Virus record (IMG/VR): IMGVR_UViG_2912723979_000001
Coordinates: 23,894 to 87,893 of that record
Length of the DNA stretch: 64,000 nt
Reading direction: 5' to 3' (one strand)
Source: a virus
Taxonomy: Duplodnaviria; Caudoviricetes
Both the position numbers and the translations under genes were made by a program. The notes under the pieces are model-generated. The model was not told the origin of the DNA. It made no database searches and worked only from the letters and a program-made list of their open reading frames with translations. Positions 47,030 through 55,795 of this stretch are shown piece by piece (the first letter of the stretch is position 1; every line of letters begins with the position of its first letter).

Positions 47030-47170
47030 TCAGCCGTTGAAGTTCGGCGGTTCGGCCCAGTAGTTCTCGTTGGCCTGGTTGATCCCGTCGCAGTAGCAGT
47101 GCGGTGCGGTGCGGTCGCTGTACTGCGGGCAATCCTCGTAGTGGTCGGGGGTGTTGGTCTGCTCGATCAT
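47030..47170 (-). CDS. Small hypothetical protein
   Basis: AGGAG RBS; HYEDC...HCYCD. Confidence 0.5.
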   Translation of the reverse strand: MIEQTNTPDHYEDCPQYSDRTAPHCYCDGINQANENYWAEPPNFNG

Positions 47171-47199
47171 GCTGTTCTCCTTCTTGGGGGGTGTCGTGG

Positions 47200-47487
47200 T
47201 CACTGCTGCTCCTCGTCGCGGTGCGGGGTGGCGCCGGGACTGCTGTCGTTCCACACGTACCGGCCGAGGGGAGTGTTGTAGGGGCTGGCGTGCCAGTCGC
47301 CGTACTCGCCGCCTGTGTGTCCGACGCGGAACGCGCAGGTGTACAGGCCGCCACTCTCGGGGTTGAGGCGGGCAGTGCAGGGCGGGATGCCGGCGTGGGT
47401 GGTGGTGATGTGCTGATCCATGCCGCCTCGGGGCTGCGGCTGGCCGCAGTGAGGGCATGGCGCGGGGATGAGGTCGCTGAGGGTCAC
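47200..47487 (-). CDS. C2H2-like Zn-finger protein
   Basis: CPHC...MDQHITTTH; second C/H cluster. Confidence 0.55.
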   Translation of the reverse strand: MTLSDLIPAPCPHCGQPQPRGGMDQHITTTHAGIPPCTARLNPESGGLYTCAFRVGHTGGEYGDWHASPYNTPLGRYVWNDSSPGATPHRDEEQQ

Positions 47488-47973
47488 GGTGGCGTCCTGT
47501 CTGCCGTGTGCCTGTGTGGGCACTGGGGCGGGGTCAGGCGTTGATGGCTCGCGCGACGGCGAGGGCGGCGGATAGGGCGCAGGTCTCCGGGCTGCACCAG
47601 TTGTCGCATTCCTCGTGGGCGGGGCTGGCTTCGCGGGCGCTGGAGAGGACGCCTTCGAGCAGGGTGGCGAGGGCGAGGCCGAGGGTGGGGTCCATGGTGG
47701 CGATGTAGTCGCCTACCGGAGCTGATACGTAAGCGGGCGGCCGGCCTCGTCCACCGCCGCCTCGAAGAAGTGTCCGACTTCCGGTCGCCCACAGGGCGGT
47801 GAATGTGGAGTCGGGCTGCTCGGGGAAGTGCCGGGTGGTGTGCCAGGCGGTGCTGCCGCTGTCGTCGGCTGCCGCGGTGGCGAGTGCCCGCAACTTGCTG
47901 GCGGCGGTGCGAATCTCGTCGGCGGGTGTCACGGTGGTGTCCTGTCTGTCGCGCGCCTGTGTGGGCGCTGGGG
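47484..47973 (-). repeat. 45-bp imperfect direct repeat at two gene starts
   Basis: 47484-47528 and 47929-47973, 5 mismatches. Confidence 0.8.
47534..47932 (-). CDS. Hypothetical protein
   Basis: MTPADEIRTAASKLRALA...ALAVARAIN. Confidence 0.65.
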   Translation of the reverse strand: MTPADEIRTAASKLRALATAAADDSGSTAWHTTRHFPEQPDSTFTALWATGSRTLLRGGGGRGRPPAYVSAPVGDYIATMDPTLGLALATLLEGVLSSAREASPAHEECDNWCSPETCALSAALAVARAINA

Positions 47974-48089
47974 GCTGTGTGGCGGGCGCGGTGTAACGCG
48001 GGTGCCTGCGGGGCCTGTTCGTCCGCGAGAGGCCCGCTCAAGCCCCGCCGTGGACCCCGGCCGCGCGGGGGCAGCCGGGGCAGAACGAG

Positions 48090-48821
48090 TCAGGGGCGCG
48101 GGGTGAATGGGTGGTACCACGAGCGCTCGCCGTCCTCGGGGCAGAGTCGGCACTGCGGGTCGGCGTACTTCGCGTCGTGATACGCCCGACCGTGACCGCA
48201 CCGGCAGAGTGTCTCCTCCCCGTCGGCTGCCGCGGCCTGCTGCCCGTCGTCCTCGCGCCGCTCATCGTGCGCGTCGCACGGGATGTCGTCGGCCGCGTGG
48301 ATGTCGTAGCGGCAGGGCGGGGCACTGCACGGGGTACGCACCTCGGTGTCGGGCTGCTGCTGCGCCCCGGAGCGCGCCTCGACGGCCAGACGGCGCAGCT
48401 CGGTCTCTGCGCGCTCGATCCCGGCCAGGTACTTCCCGGTGGCGTCCGGAGCAGTGATCAGGCTGTCGCGGAGGGCCAGCATCTTGTCGGCTGCCTCCTC
48501 CAGCACGGCGGCCCGGTCGGCGGGCTCGGGGAGCACGGCCAGCACCGCGTCCACGTCCCGCATCAAGCCCTCGGGGTACTGGCCGCTACGGTCACGGCTT
48601 CCAGGGCGGAGCGCCTCGGCGATGCGGTCGCGGAGTGCGGCCCGGCTCGGCGGCGGGGACACCACGGCAGGGGGAGCGGCGCGCAGGCGGGCTACCTCTT
48701 CACGCAGTGCTACCACCTGCGAGAAGAGCCAGACGACGCCATCGGAAATCACCCTTCCGGTAGAGGCGTACTCAGCACGTAGCTCAGCAAGACGGTCGGC
48801 GGTCGGGTCGGTCTGGTTCAC
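48090..48821 (-). CDS. Hypothetical protein
   Basis: ALRDRIAEAL, ADRAAVLEEAAD, C-terminal CRCGH. Confidence 0.6.
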   Translation of the reverse strand: MNQTDPTADRLAELRAEYASTGRVISDGVVWLFSQVVALREEVARLRAAPPAVVSPPPSRAALRDRIAEALRPGSRDRSGQYPEGLMRDVDAVLAVLPEPADRAAVLEEAADKMLALRDSLITAPDATGKYLAGIERAETELRRLAVEARSGAQQQPDTEVRTPCSAPPCRYDIHAADDIPCDAHDERREDDGQQAAAADGEETLCRCGHGRAYHDAKYADPQCRLCPEDGERSWYHPFTPRP

Positions 48822-48833
48822 GGTGGTCTCCAG

Positions 48834-49013
48834 TCAGTGAGTGGCGGCGTGGTCAGCGGCCTGCGTCTCGGCGTCCGCCTCCGACACGGCCAGCCCGCGG
48901 GCCTGGCAGCGCACCGGACGCGGATCAGCACCGACCTGACGGGTGTGCAGGCACTCCCACCGCCACAAATAGGCGGCGCTGTGGGGGTTGGGGCGTACTC
49001 GGTAGGTCGTCAC
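48834..49013 (-). CDS. Small hypothetical protein
   Basis: GAGG RBS, GTG 49013. Confidence 0.45.
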   Translation of the reverse strand: MTTYRVRPNPHSAAYLWRWECLHTRQVGADPRPVRCQARGLAVSEADAETQAADHAATH

Positions 49014-49084
49014 GGGTTCCTCGGTAGGGTTCGGGGTGCCGCGGCCGGCCCTGCTTCTCTCAGGGCCGGCCGTGGCGTTGGTGG

Positions 49085-49306
49085 TCACGCGCCCGTGCTG
49101 GCGGTGAAGCAGGCACGGCAGTTCCGGTCACCGCACGGTTGGCCCGCGGTGTGCGAGGCGGCGATGCGGTCGAGTTCGGCGCGGATCTCCGGGTCGTCGA
49201 CGATGGCCCCGGCGATGAAGAACGCGAGCTTCCAGGTGTCGACGTGGCAGTTGATCCGCTGGGCGAGCAGATGGCGGAGGCGGTCGTCGGCGGGCGGGTA
49301 GGTCAC
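49085..49306 (-). CDS. Hypothetical protein
   Basis: 73 aa, C-terminal CGDRNCRAC. Confidence 0.55.
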   Translation of the reverse strand: MTYPPADDRLRHLLAQRINCHVDTWKLAFFIAGAIVDDPEIRAELDRIAASHTAGQPCGDRNCRACFTASTGA

Positions 49307-49316
49307 GTGTGTCTCC

Positions 49317-49649
49317 TCAGACGGCGTCGGACCGGACGGCTTCGCAGCCGGGGCAGTCGTCGGTGGCGGGCGGGTTGATGCCGAGCGCGCGGAGGACGGC
49401 GTTCAGGACAGTCCCGGGATCGGCGCCCTCCTGGCCGGCGGCGCCCTCGATGGCGTGCCAGGCCCGGTTGTGCTCGGACTCGGTGAGGGTGCGGGCGCGG
49501 CAGCGGCGGACTTCGGCGACGAGCGCGGGCACGTCGGCATCGGTCAGCTGGCCGAAGTCGGGGTGCGCGTTGGGGTCGATGGTGGCGGTGCGCTCGTAGA
49601 GGCGGGCTGCGCGGGCCTGGATGGCGTCGAGGTCGAGCTGGTCGGTCAT
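49317..49649 (-). CDS. Hypothetical protein
   Basis: LDLDAIQARAA, DVPALVAEVRR. Confidence 0.6.
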   Translation of the reverse strand: MTDQLDLDAIQARAARLYERTATIDPNAHPDFGQLTDADVPALVAEVRRCRARTLTESEHNRAWHAIEGAAGQEGADPGTVLNAVLRALGINPPATDDCPGCEAVRSDAV

Positions 49650-49698
49650 TGCTGACTCCTGAGTAAGTAGGTGCTGTGGTTGTGGTGCGGCAGAGCGG

Positions 49699-50103
49699 TC
49701 AGGCGGTGGGCTGGGTCGCGGCGGGGTCGACCTCGGGGTGGGTGAACGTGACCGGCTTGCCGAGGCTGCGCGCGTACTCGATCTCCGCGCGGGTGGAGTC
49801 GCCGATGTAGTTGCCGACGACGAGGATCTGGTGGGCGAGCCGGATCTTGGCCCGGTGGAGGGCGTCCAGGCGCTGCTTGCCGGCTTCGGCTTCCGCGGGG
49901 TCGGACCACAAGGGGTGCGGGTTCTTCATGTCGCAGCCGGGGCGCACGACGATGTGGCCGCGCCAGGTGAGGTCGCGGTCGGCGTCGGCCATCTCGGTCA
50001 TGAAGCGGGTGCTGCCGCAGATGGCGACGATGGTGGGGATGCCGAGCCGGTCCAGAGCGGTGGTGAGCATCTCGGCGGGGGTGAGGGCCTGCGGGTAGGT
50101 CAC
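49699..50103 (-). CDS. Rossmann-like (nucleoside deoxyribosyltransferase/SLOG-like) protein
   Basis: IVAICGSTRF, LHRAKIRLAHQILVV, YIGDSTRAEIEYARSLGKPV. Confidence 0.65.
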   Translation of the reverse strand: MTYPQALTPAEMLTTALDRLGIPTIVAICGSTRFMTEMADADRDLTWRGHIVVRPGCDMKNPHPLWSDPAEAEAGKQRLDALHRAKIRLAHQILVVGNYIGDSTRAEIEYARSLGKPVTFTHPEVDPAATQPTA

Positions 50104-50119
50104 GGGTTCTCCTCGGGGG

Positions 50120-50692
50120 TCAGGCGGTGTTCGGCAGTGCTTCGTTGGCCTGCCAGAGGGGGCAGTGGAGGACGGGGAACCGGTACTCCTCGTACTCGGG
50201 GCCGTCGGGGTGGGTGCAGGCCTCGTTGTCTTCCGGGCCGGCGTCCTGGTGGTGGGTGCAGGTCTTGCAGCAGCGGAGCCGCGGGTTGGACCAGCAGCGG
50301 GCCATGTGGTCCTTGACGGCGGCTTGGTCGGCGCGGGTGAAGCGGCGGCAGAACGGGCACTGGTGGCGGGACACGATGATGGGCAGGGGCAGGTCGATCG
50401 TGAGGCTGGCGTGGTTGGTGGGCTTGCGGGTGATCCGGTAGGCGGCGTGGAGGGTGGCTGCGGCCTTCGCGGTGTTGACGGGAGTCCAGGGGGCGTCGGT
50501 GTTGGGGGTGGATGCGATGCAGTTGGCGATTTCGTGCCGGTTGTTGAGGCTGGGGCCTTCCTTCGCGGCGAGGTCGAAGGTGCGGAGGAGGTGGCTGGCG
50601 GTGTCGTAGTCGTTGTGGATCTCGGGGCCGAACTGGTGGGTGAGCCAGTCGGTGAGTTCGGTCTCGGTGATGAGGGTCTGCACGGTGGTCAC
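50120..50692 (-). CDS. Cys-rich hypothetical protein
   Basis: CPFC...H..RC, CCKTC.H, CPLW. Confidence 0.6.
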   Translation of the reverse strand: MTTVQTLITETELTDWLTHQFGPEIHNDYDTASHLLRTFDLAAKEGPSLNNRHEIANCIASTPNTDAPWTPVNTAKAAATLHAAYRITRKPTNHASLTIDLPLPIIVSRHQCPFCRRFTRADQAAVKDHMARCWSNPRLRCCKTCTHHQDAGPEDNEACTHPDGPEYEEYRFPVLHCPLWQANEALPNTA

Positions 50693-50782
50693 GGGCGGCT
50701 CCCGGCTCGGTGCGTGGTGGTGGTCTAGCGTGCCGCGGTTTGGCGCGGGTGTTCCCTCGGCGTGGGGGCGGGGACTTCAGAC

Positions 50783-50820
50783 GTTCTACTGTACCGCCCT
50801 ATGCATTGCTAAGCAATGCA
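50783..50820 (-). promoter_or_regulatory. Promoter with palindromic operator (copy 3)
   Basis: Minus strand TTGCTT-17-TACAGT under TGCATTGCT-N-AGCAATGCA. Confidence 0.85.
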
Positions 50821-50878
50821 ATCGTGACGTCCGAGGGAAAGTAATAGGACTCCCCAACACACCGCCCACCACGGCAAG

Positions 50879-51460
50879 ATGCCCGCCATGAACGAAGCAT
50901 GGGGGACCGTCGTCGCGGCCGTAGCGGCCGGCGTGTTCGGCATCGGTGGAATCCTCGCTGGCATCTATGTCGGCCGACGGCAGACCGCCTACCAGGCCAC
51001 CGTCGAACACCAACAGTGGCTACGAGGACAGCGCCAGCAGGCCTTCGCTACCTTCCTAGAGGCGTGGGACTGCGCCTACCAGCGCATCCAGGACATTCTC
51101 GAGGGCCTCGACGAGCACACCTTCCCAGGCAACTTCCATCCGCAGAACTACGAGGCGGAGATGGCAGAGAACATGGACAGACTGCTCGCCGAAGCCGTTG
51201 CCCCGATCCAGAAGCCGTACGAGCAGCTGATGCTGATCGTTCCGGATGAGGTGGTAGGGCTGGTGGAGCAGGCAGTGGGCCAGTTGCGCCGGATGAGTGA
51301 TCGACTGCGCGCGTGGGCTCTGTGCGGCTCGGGTGCGGAGATCAACAGCGTGCGGAGAGACGAGTACTGGGCTGCCGACAGAGAGGCGGCGCCGGCGCGG
51401 GAGAAGTTGTTCCAGGCGTCCAGGGAGGTTCTACTGTCGCCGCCTGCCCCAGCCGGCTGA
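50879..51460 (+). CDS. N-terminally membrane-anchored helical protein (moron-like)
   Basis: Lone plus-strand gene, TM AAVAAGVFGIGGILAGIYVG, more AT-rich codons. Confidence 0.65.
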   Translation: MPAMNEAWGTVVAAVAAGVFGIGGILAGIYVGRRQTAYQATVEHQQWLRGQRQQAFATFLEAWDCAYQRIQDILEGLDEHTFPGNFHPQNYEAEMAENMDRLLAEAVAPIQKPYEQLMLIVPDEVVGLVEQAVGQLRRMSDRLRAWALCGSGAEINSVRRDEYWAADREAAPAREKLFQASREVLLSPPAPAG

Positions 51461-51900
51461 CGGCATGTGTACCGGCCCGGTCGGCGGCCACGTTCATCCT
51501 TCCGGGCAGCGGCCGCAGTCGTTGGAGCTGGTGTGAGCGACGAACCCACCACTGACATCGGCGCCGGCGACTTCCCGGACCCGGCCGCGGCGCTGCGCCG
51601 TGGCCTCGTGGCCCGCATGCCGGGCGACCCGGCGGGCATGGAGAGGGCGTTCGGGAACGCTGTGCGGGCCGCGTGGGTGCGCGGGGAGCCGTGGGCGGTG
51701 GAGTGGGTGGAGCAGACCGCGTTCGGGCGTCCAGGCGGTGCTGGAGGGCGCGAGTAGGCCCCAGGGCGGGGACATCGCCCTGGGGCCTTCCCAGCTCTTC
51801 CGCTCCCCGGCCGGTGGCTGGATCGTGGCGGCGCTTCACGGAGACTCCCGGAAGGGAGCACACCCAGCATCACCCGGAACCGCAGGGTTGTTCCCTCGGC

Positions 51901-52236
51901 TCAGCCCTCGGGGCCTTTCCGCCACGCCGGGCCAAGGGTGTCGTACCGGCGGCCGGGCTCCCGGTCCTCTGGCCACGGGGCCTTCATCTCGTCCCTGTCG
52001 CGGTGACGGCGGCCGGCGTCCTGCCGTGCCGCGTGGATGAGCTGGGACGGATGCCACTCCACCTGGCCCCGGCCCGCGCGCGCCCGGGCGCCGGTGCGGT
52101 TGTCGAAGTCGGCTTCCTTCCGCGGTGCGTCGCAGGGGACGCCGGGCTCGGCGCCGCAGGTGGTGCATCGGTGGGCGAGTGCGTACACGTGCGGGGGCGG
52201 GAGTTCCGTGGTGCTGGGTGGGGTGTCGCTGCTCAT
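51901..52236 (-). CDS. Zn-finger protein
   Basis: GGAGG RBS; RCTTCGAEPGVPC...IHAAR. Confidence 0.6.
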   Translation of the reverse strand: MSSDTPPSTTELPPPHVYALAHRCTTCGAEPGVPCDAPRKEADFDNRTGARARAGRGQVEWHPSQLIHAARQDAGRRHRDRDEMKAPWPEDREPGRRYDTLGPAWRKGPEG

Positions 52237-52439
52237 CAGACCTCCATGCGAGTGCTGGCGGTACGTGCTGGGCGGCAGTGAACACCCGAACCGCGTTCTC
52301 GCAAAACGGCGTGGCCCAGCCGCTGAAGCAGGGTTGCTGGGGCTTCTGCTGGGTGCCGTGGCGAGTTGCCGTCCTCGAGCGCCTGTGCGCCTGCCACGCC
52401 CTCTCCACGGCTTGGGCCGGAACACCGCACGGTCGACGC

Positions 52440-52655
52440 ATGGGGGCTACCTGGGAAGCGTGCGCGGGCCGCGGGGACGGGACGGACTGCCCGAACGGGG
52501 AGGACGAGGTCCTGGTCGACGGGGTCCGGTGCGAGGAGTGCCGGCACTACTGGGAGCTGGACGAGACGGAGCCGGGCCGGCGGGCGGCCGCGGGTGACGG
52601 GCTGACCCGGCCGCTCGGGGACCCGGGGGAGGCAGGGCCGGGGGCGGCGGCATGA
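52440..52655 (+). CDS. Possible small Cys-rich protein
   Basis: CAGRGDGTDC...RCEECRH. Confidence 0.35.
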   Translation: MGATWEACAGRGDGTDCPNGEDEVLVDGVRCEECRHYWELDETEPGRRAAAGDGLTRPLGDPGEAGPGAAA

Positions 52656-52743
52656 GTGACTGAAGCGATCAACTTTCCCGGAGGCGCGCACGGGGCGGGC
52701 TTGCGCCCCTGAACCCCGACATGGGGCTGGGGCGCCACATAGG

Positions 52744-53463
52744 TCAGCTGGCGAGCCCCTTGTCGTTGCCGATGTGCCGAGCCCGCGGGGTTCCGGTGAA
52801 CCGGGCTGACCTGCCTGCCGGCGCCTGACGCATTGTCCTCTCTGCAGCCGTCTGCTTCTCTTCGCTGTCGCTCACCATGTCGACGTCCGTCCAGTAGAAG
52901 TCGAGCATCGTGCGCAGCGTCGTCGGCTCCTGCTGCGGCCCGCACGGCACCGTCAGATGGTCCAGCATCTGCCACAGCTCGTAGTCCTCCTGTGCAGCAA
53001 CCTCACCGGACTTGGCGTGCCGGGCCTGGTGGCGGTGGACGGCGACTGCGAGCTTCCGCAGGGCGTCGCGGGCCGCATGGCCGCCTTGGTTGGTGACGGC
53101 TCGGTTCTGGGAGCGCTGGATCTTGCTGAGTTCGGAGATGGCGGTCTGCACCGTCTGGTGGAAGCCGGCCGCACCGCGCCGCCACTTCTCGTACTCGGGC
53201 CGGCTCTCGAACCACTCCTTCTTGCCCTGGGCGCCACGGGCGTGGCAGTCCAGGTGGAACTGCTCGCGTTCGGCCTTGCGGCGACGTAGTGCGGCTGCGG
53301 TCCTGGCGTGGACGTTGGTGAGGATGGTTCGGGTGCGGTCGATGTGTTCGGGGCTGGCGAGCAGGGCCCAGAGTTCGGGATCGCGGCTGCGGGGGTGGGC
53401 CTGGGAGATGGCGATGTCTTCGAACTGGTCGTCGTCGATGGCGGAGAGGTCGGGTACGTCCAC
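52744..53463 (-). CDS. Helical hypothetical protein
   Basis: 239 aa, GGAGG RBS. Confidence 0.65.
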   Translation of the reverse strand: MDVPDLSAIDDDQFEDIAISQAHPRSRDPELWALLASPEHIDRTRTILTNVHARTAAALRRRKAEREQFHLDCHARGAQGKKEWFESRPEYEKWRRGAAGFHQTVQTAISELSKIQRSQNRAVTNQGGHAARDALRKLAVAVHRHQARHAKSGEVAAQEDYELWQMLDHLTVPCGPQQEPTTLRTMLDFYWTDVDMVSDSEEKQTAAERTMRQAPAGRSARFTGTPRARHIGNDKGLAS

Positions 53464-53598
53464 TACTGGCCTCCAAGCCGGTGTTGGGCGGTATCTGTGC
53501 TACATGGTGGGGGATGGTACTGACAGCGGGGCCGGGAAATGGGAAAGCCCGGCCGCCGGGGGGAGACGGCCGGGCTGCGGTGGTGCTCGGTGGTGCGG

Positions 53599-53769
53599 TT
53601 ACCTCCTTTCCAGTAGGCGGGGGAAGAGGGGGAGGAAGATGTCCGCGAACTGCTTGGCGGAGTCGGGGTCGTGGGTGAGCTGGCCGGCGAGCCAGACGGC
53701 TGTTGCGGTCAGGAGCATGAGGGTGGTGGGGTCGTAGTTCCGGTCGTTGTTGAGGTCGTTTCCGGTCAT
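53599..53769 (-). CDS. Small hypothetical protein (56 aa)
   Basis: First ORF after promoter copy 4; below cutoff. Confidence 0.45.
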   Translation of the reverse strand: MTGNDLNNDRNYDPTTLMLLTATAVWLAGQLTHDPDSAKQFADIFLPLFPRLLERR

Positions 53770-53902
53770 GGTGTGCCCCCGTGAGGTGGTCGGCGTGATG
53801 GTCGGTGGAGACTGCGCACGCCGGACACTCCTGGTGGGTGCACGGTTGTTGGCCCGCAGCGGGGCTGGCTCGGTCGAAGGTTCCGGCCTCGCTGCGGTAC
53901 CT

Positions 53903-53939
53903 AGAACTGTACCGTCCTAAGCATTGCTAAGCAATGCAT
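53903..53939 (-). promoter_or_regulatory. Promoter with palindromic operator (copy 4)
   Basis: Minus strand TTGCTT-17-TACAGT with GCATTGCT-N-AGCAATGC. Confidence 0.85.
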
Positions 53940-54004
53940 TCGCGGGATTGGTTACGGCAACGCCCCCAGACCCACGGGGAGTCCAGGGGCGGCCGGTCTG
54001 TAAT

Positions 54005-54325
54005 TCAGCTGTTCTTCCCGATCTCCCACTCGCCAGTGAGCACTGGATCCGCCACGGCTTGGCCGAGGTTCAGGTCCCAGGTCGACTCGCCACCGTCGTA
54101 GAAGCCGTCATGGCGTTCCACGATCGCCTGGACCTCGTGGTGACGTTCCACCATGTGATCGATCTCCACGTCCCGGCCGGCGAGCAGCAGCCACTCTGCG
54201 ATGTCTTCCTGCGGCGGCCGAATTCGGATGACGAAGTCCGGCAGGTCCTCCGCGCAGCGCCGGGCGCTGGCTTCGTCCTGGAAGTACGCCCAGTGCGTGT
54301 ACGGGATCATGCTCATCTCGGTCAT
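54005..54325 (-). CDS. RraB-like (RNase E inhibitor fold) protein
   Basis: HWAYFQDEASA...W.L.A...VERHDGFYDGGES. Confidence 0.6.
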   Translation of the reverse strand: MTEMSMIPYTHWAYFQDEASARRCAEDLPDFVIRIRPPQEDIAEWLLLAGRDVEIDHMVERHHEVQAIVERHDGFYDGGESTWDLNLGQAVADPVLTGEWEIGKNS

Positions 54326-54332
54326 CCTTCCG

Positions 54333-55718
54333 TCAGGTCTGCGCCATGTCCACGAAGCGCGAGTAGTGGAGTTGCGCGGCGACGGTTACGCAGGCAGTGG
54401 GCCCGAACCTGTTCTTCTCGACGACGAGGTCGACTTCACCCGACCGCGGCGACTCCTTGTCGTCCGCGTCCGGCCGCTCGACCTTGATCACAACGGACGC
54501 GTCGTTCTTGATCGCCCGCGACTCGCGCATGAGGCCGTCGTCGTTGAGCTGCGACAGGGCGATGACGTGGCAGCCGAGCTGGGTGGACAGGTTCTTCAGC
54601 CCGCGAGAGACGGCGGCAACGGCCTGCTCGCGGGTGACGTTGCGGGACTGCTCGACCTCGACGAGCTGGACGTAGTCCACGACGAGGAGGTCCAGGCCGT
54701 CCGCGCGGGCGCAGGCCCGCGCCGCTGAGGCGATGTCACCCAGCGATGCGCCGTCGGGCCTGTAGACCCGCAGGGGAAGCGTCTGGAACAGCTGTGGGCC
54801 GAGGCGTCTGACGGTCTCCCAGCCTTCCGGGGTGAGGCCGTTCTTGTGCGTCAGGTGGTGGAGGGCGATTTTCCCTTCGGCGGCGGCGATCTTCTGCATT
54901 AGCTCGGTCGCGCTCATCTCCAGCGAGGAGAACATCGTCCTGGCGCCGGTCTTGGCTGCGGCGACGGCAGCGTTGAGCGCGAGGGTGGACTTGCCCACGC
55001 CGGACTGCGCCGCCACGACGGTCACGTTGCCCGGCTGCATGCCGGAGGTCAGCGTGTCCAGGTCGGCAAACCCGTATGGCAGGCCCATCTTCTTGCCGTC
55101 CTGGATCTCCTCGAGGTCCGCAACGAAGTCGAGGTAGAGGTCGCCGACCGTGGGAGGTGCCTCGTGCAGTCCGGGGGTGCCCGCGATGATCTCGGTGAGC
55201 TGCTGTTCGACCAGGTCGCGGATCTCGTTCTCGTCGCCTTCCTCGCTGTAGGCGTACTGGAGGATGCGCTGCGCCGACTCGATGACCGCGCGTCGGTATG
55301 CCTTCGCCCGGACGATCTCGGCGTAGTGCGGGCCGTTGGCCGCGGTGGGGGCAGCCTGCACACAAGCGTGCAGGTAGGCCCTTCCACCGACACGGCCGAT
55401 CTCACCTTGCTCGGTGAGCCGGTCGGCGACCGTGACCGGGTCTACGGGCTCGCCGGCCTTGTGGAGGTCGCAGATCGCACGGTGGATCGTCTGATGCGTG
55501 GGCCGGTAGTACTCCTCGGCAAGGAGGCCGGTCTCGAGGGTCTCGGCGAAGTACCGGTACGACGCGCTGCTCGGACTCCCGGACAGCAGCAGGGATCCGA
55601 GGACGGACTGCTCGGCGTCGAGATCCTGTGGCGGAACGCGGTTGAACGCGGCCGGCTCAAGGCCCTCGCCAGCGTCATCGGGGGCGTTGTGGTGCTGGGC
55701 GGGGATGCGGGTGGACAC
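54333..55718 (-). CDS. dnaB: Replicative DNA helicase, DnaB family
   Basis: PPQDLDAEQSVLG N-domain, GFADLDTLTSG, AAQSGVGKS, VVDYVQL, LSQLN, KNRFGP. Confidence 0.9.
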   Translation of the reverse strand: MSTRIPAQHHNAPDDAGEGLEPAAFNRVPPQDLDAEQSVLGSLLLSGSPSSASYRYFAETLETGLLAEEYYRPTHQTIHRAICDLHKAGEPVDPVTVADRLTEQGEIGRVGGRAYLHACVQAAPTAANGPHYAEIVRAKAYRRAVIESAQRILQYAYSEEGDENEIRDLVEQQLTEIIAGTPGLHEAPPTVGDLYLDFVADLEEIQDGKKMGLPYGFADLDTLTSGMQPGNVTVVAAQSGVGKSTLALNAAVAAAKTGARTMFSSLEMSATELMQKIAAAEGKIALHHLTHKNGLTPEGWETVRRLGPQLFQTLPLRVYRPDGASLGDIASAARACARADGLDLLVVDYVQLVEVEQSRNVTREQAVAAVSRGLKNLSTQLGCHVIALSQLNDDGLMRESRAIKNDASVVIKVERPDADDKESPRSGEVDLVVEKNRFGPTACVTVAAQLHYSRFVDMAQT

Positions 55719-55795
55719 TAGGGGTCTCCTGTTCGGTCAAGCGTGCAGGGGATCGCGGGCCGCTCCCCGGCATCGGAGCGGCCCACACCGCGTGG

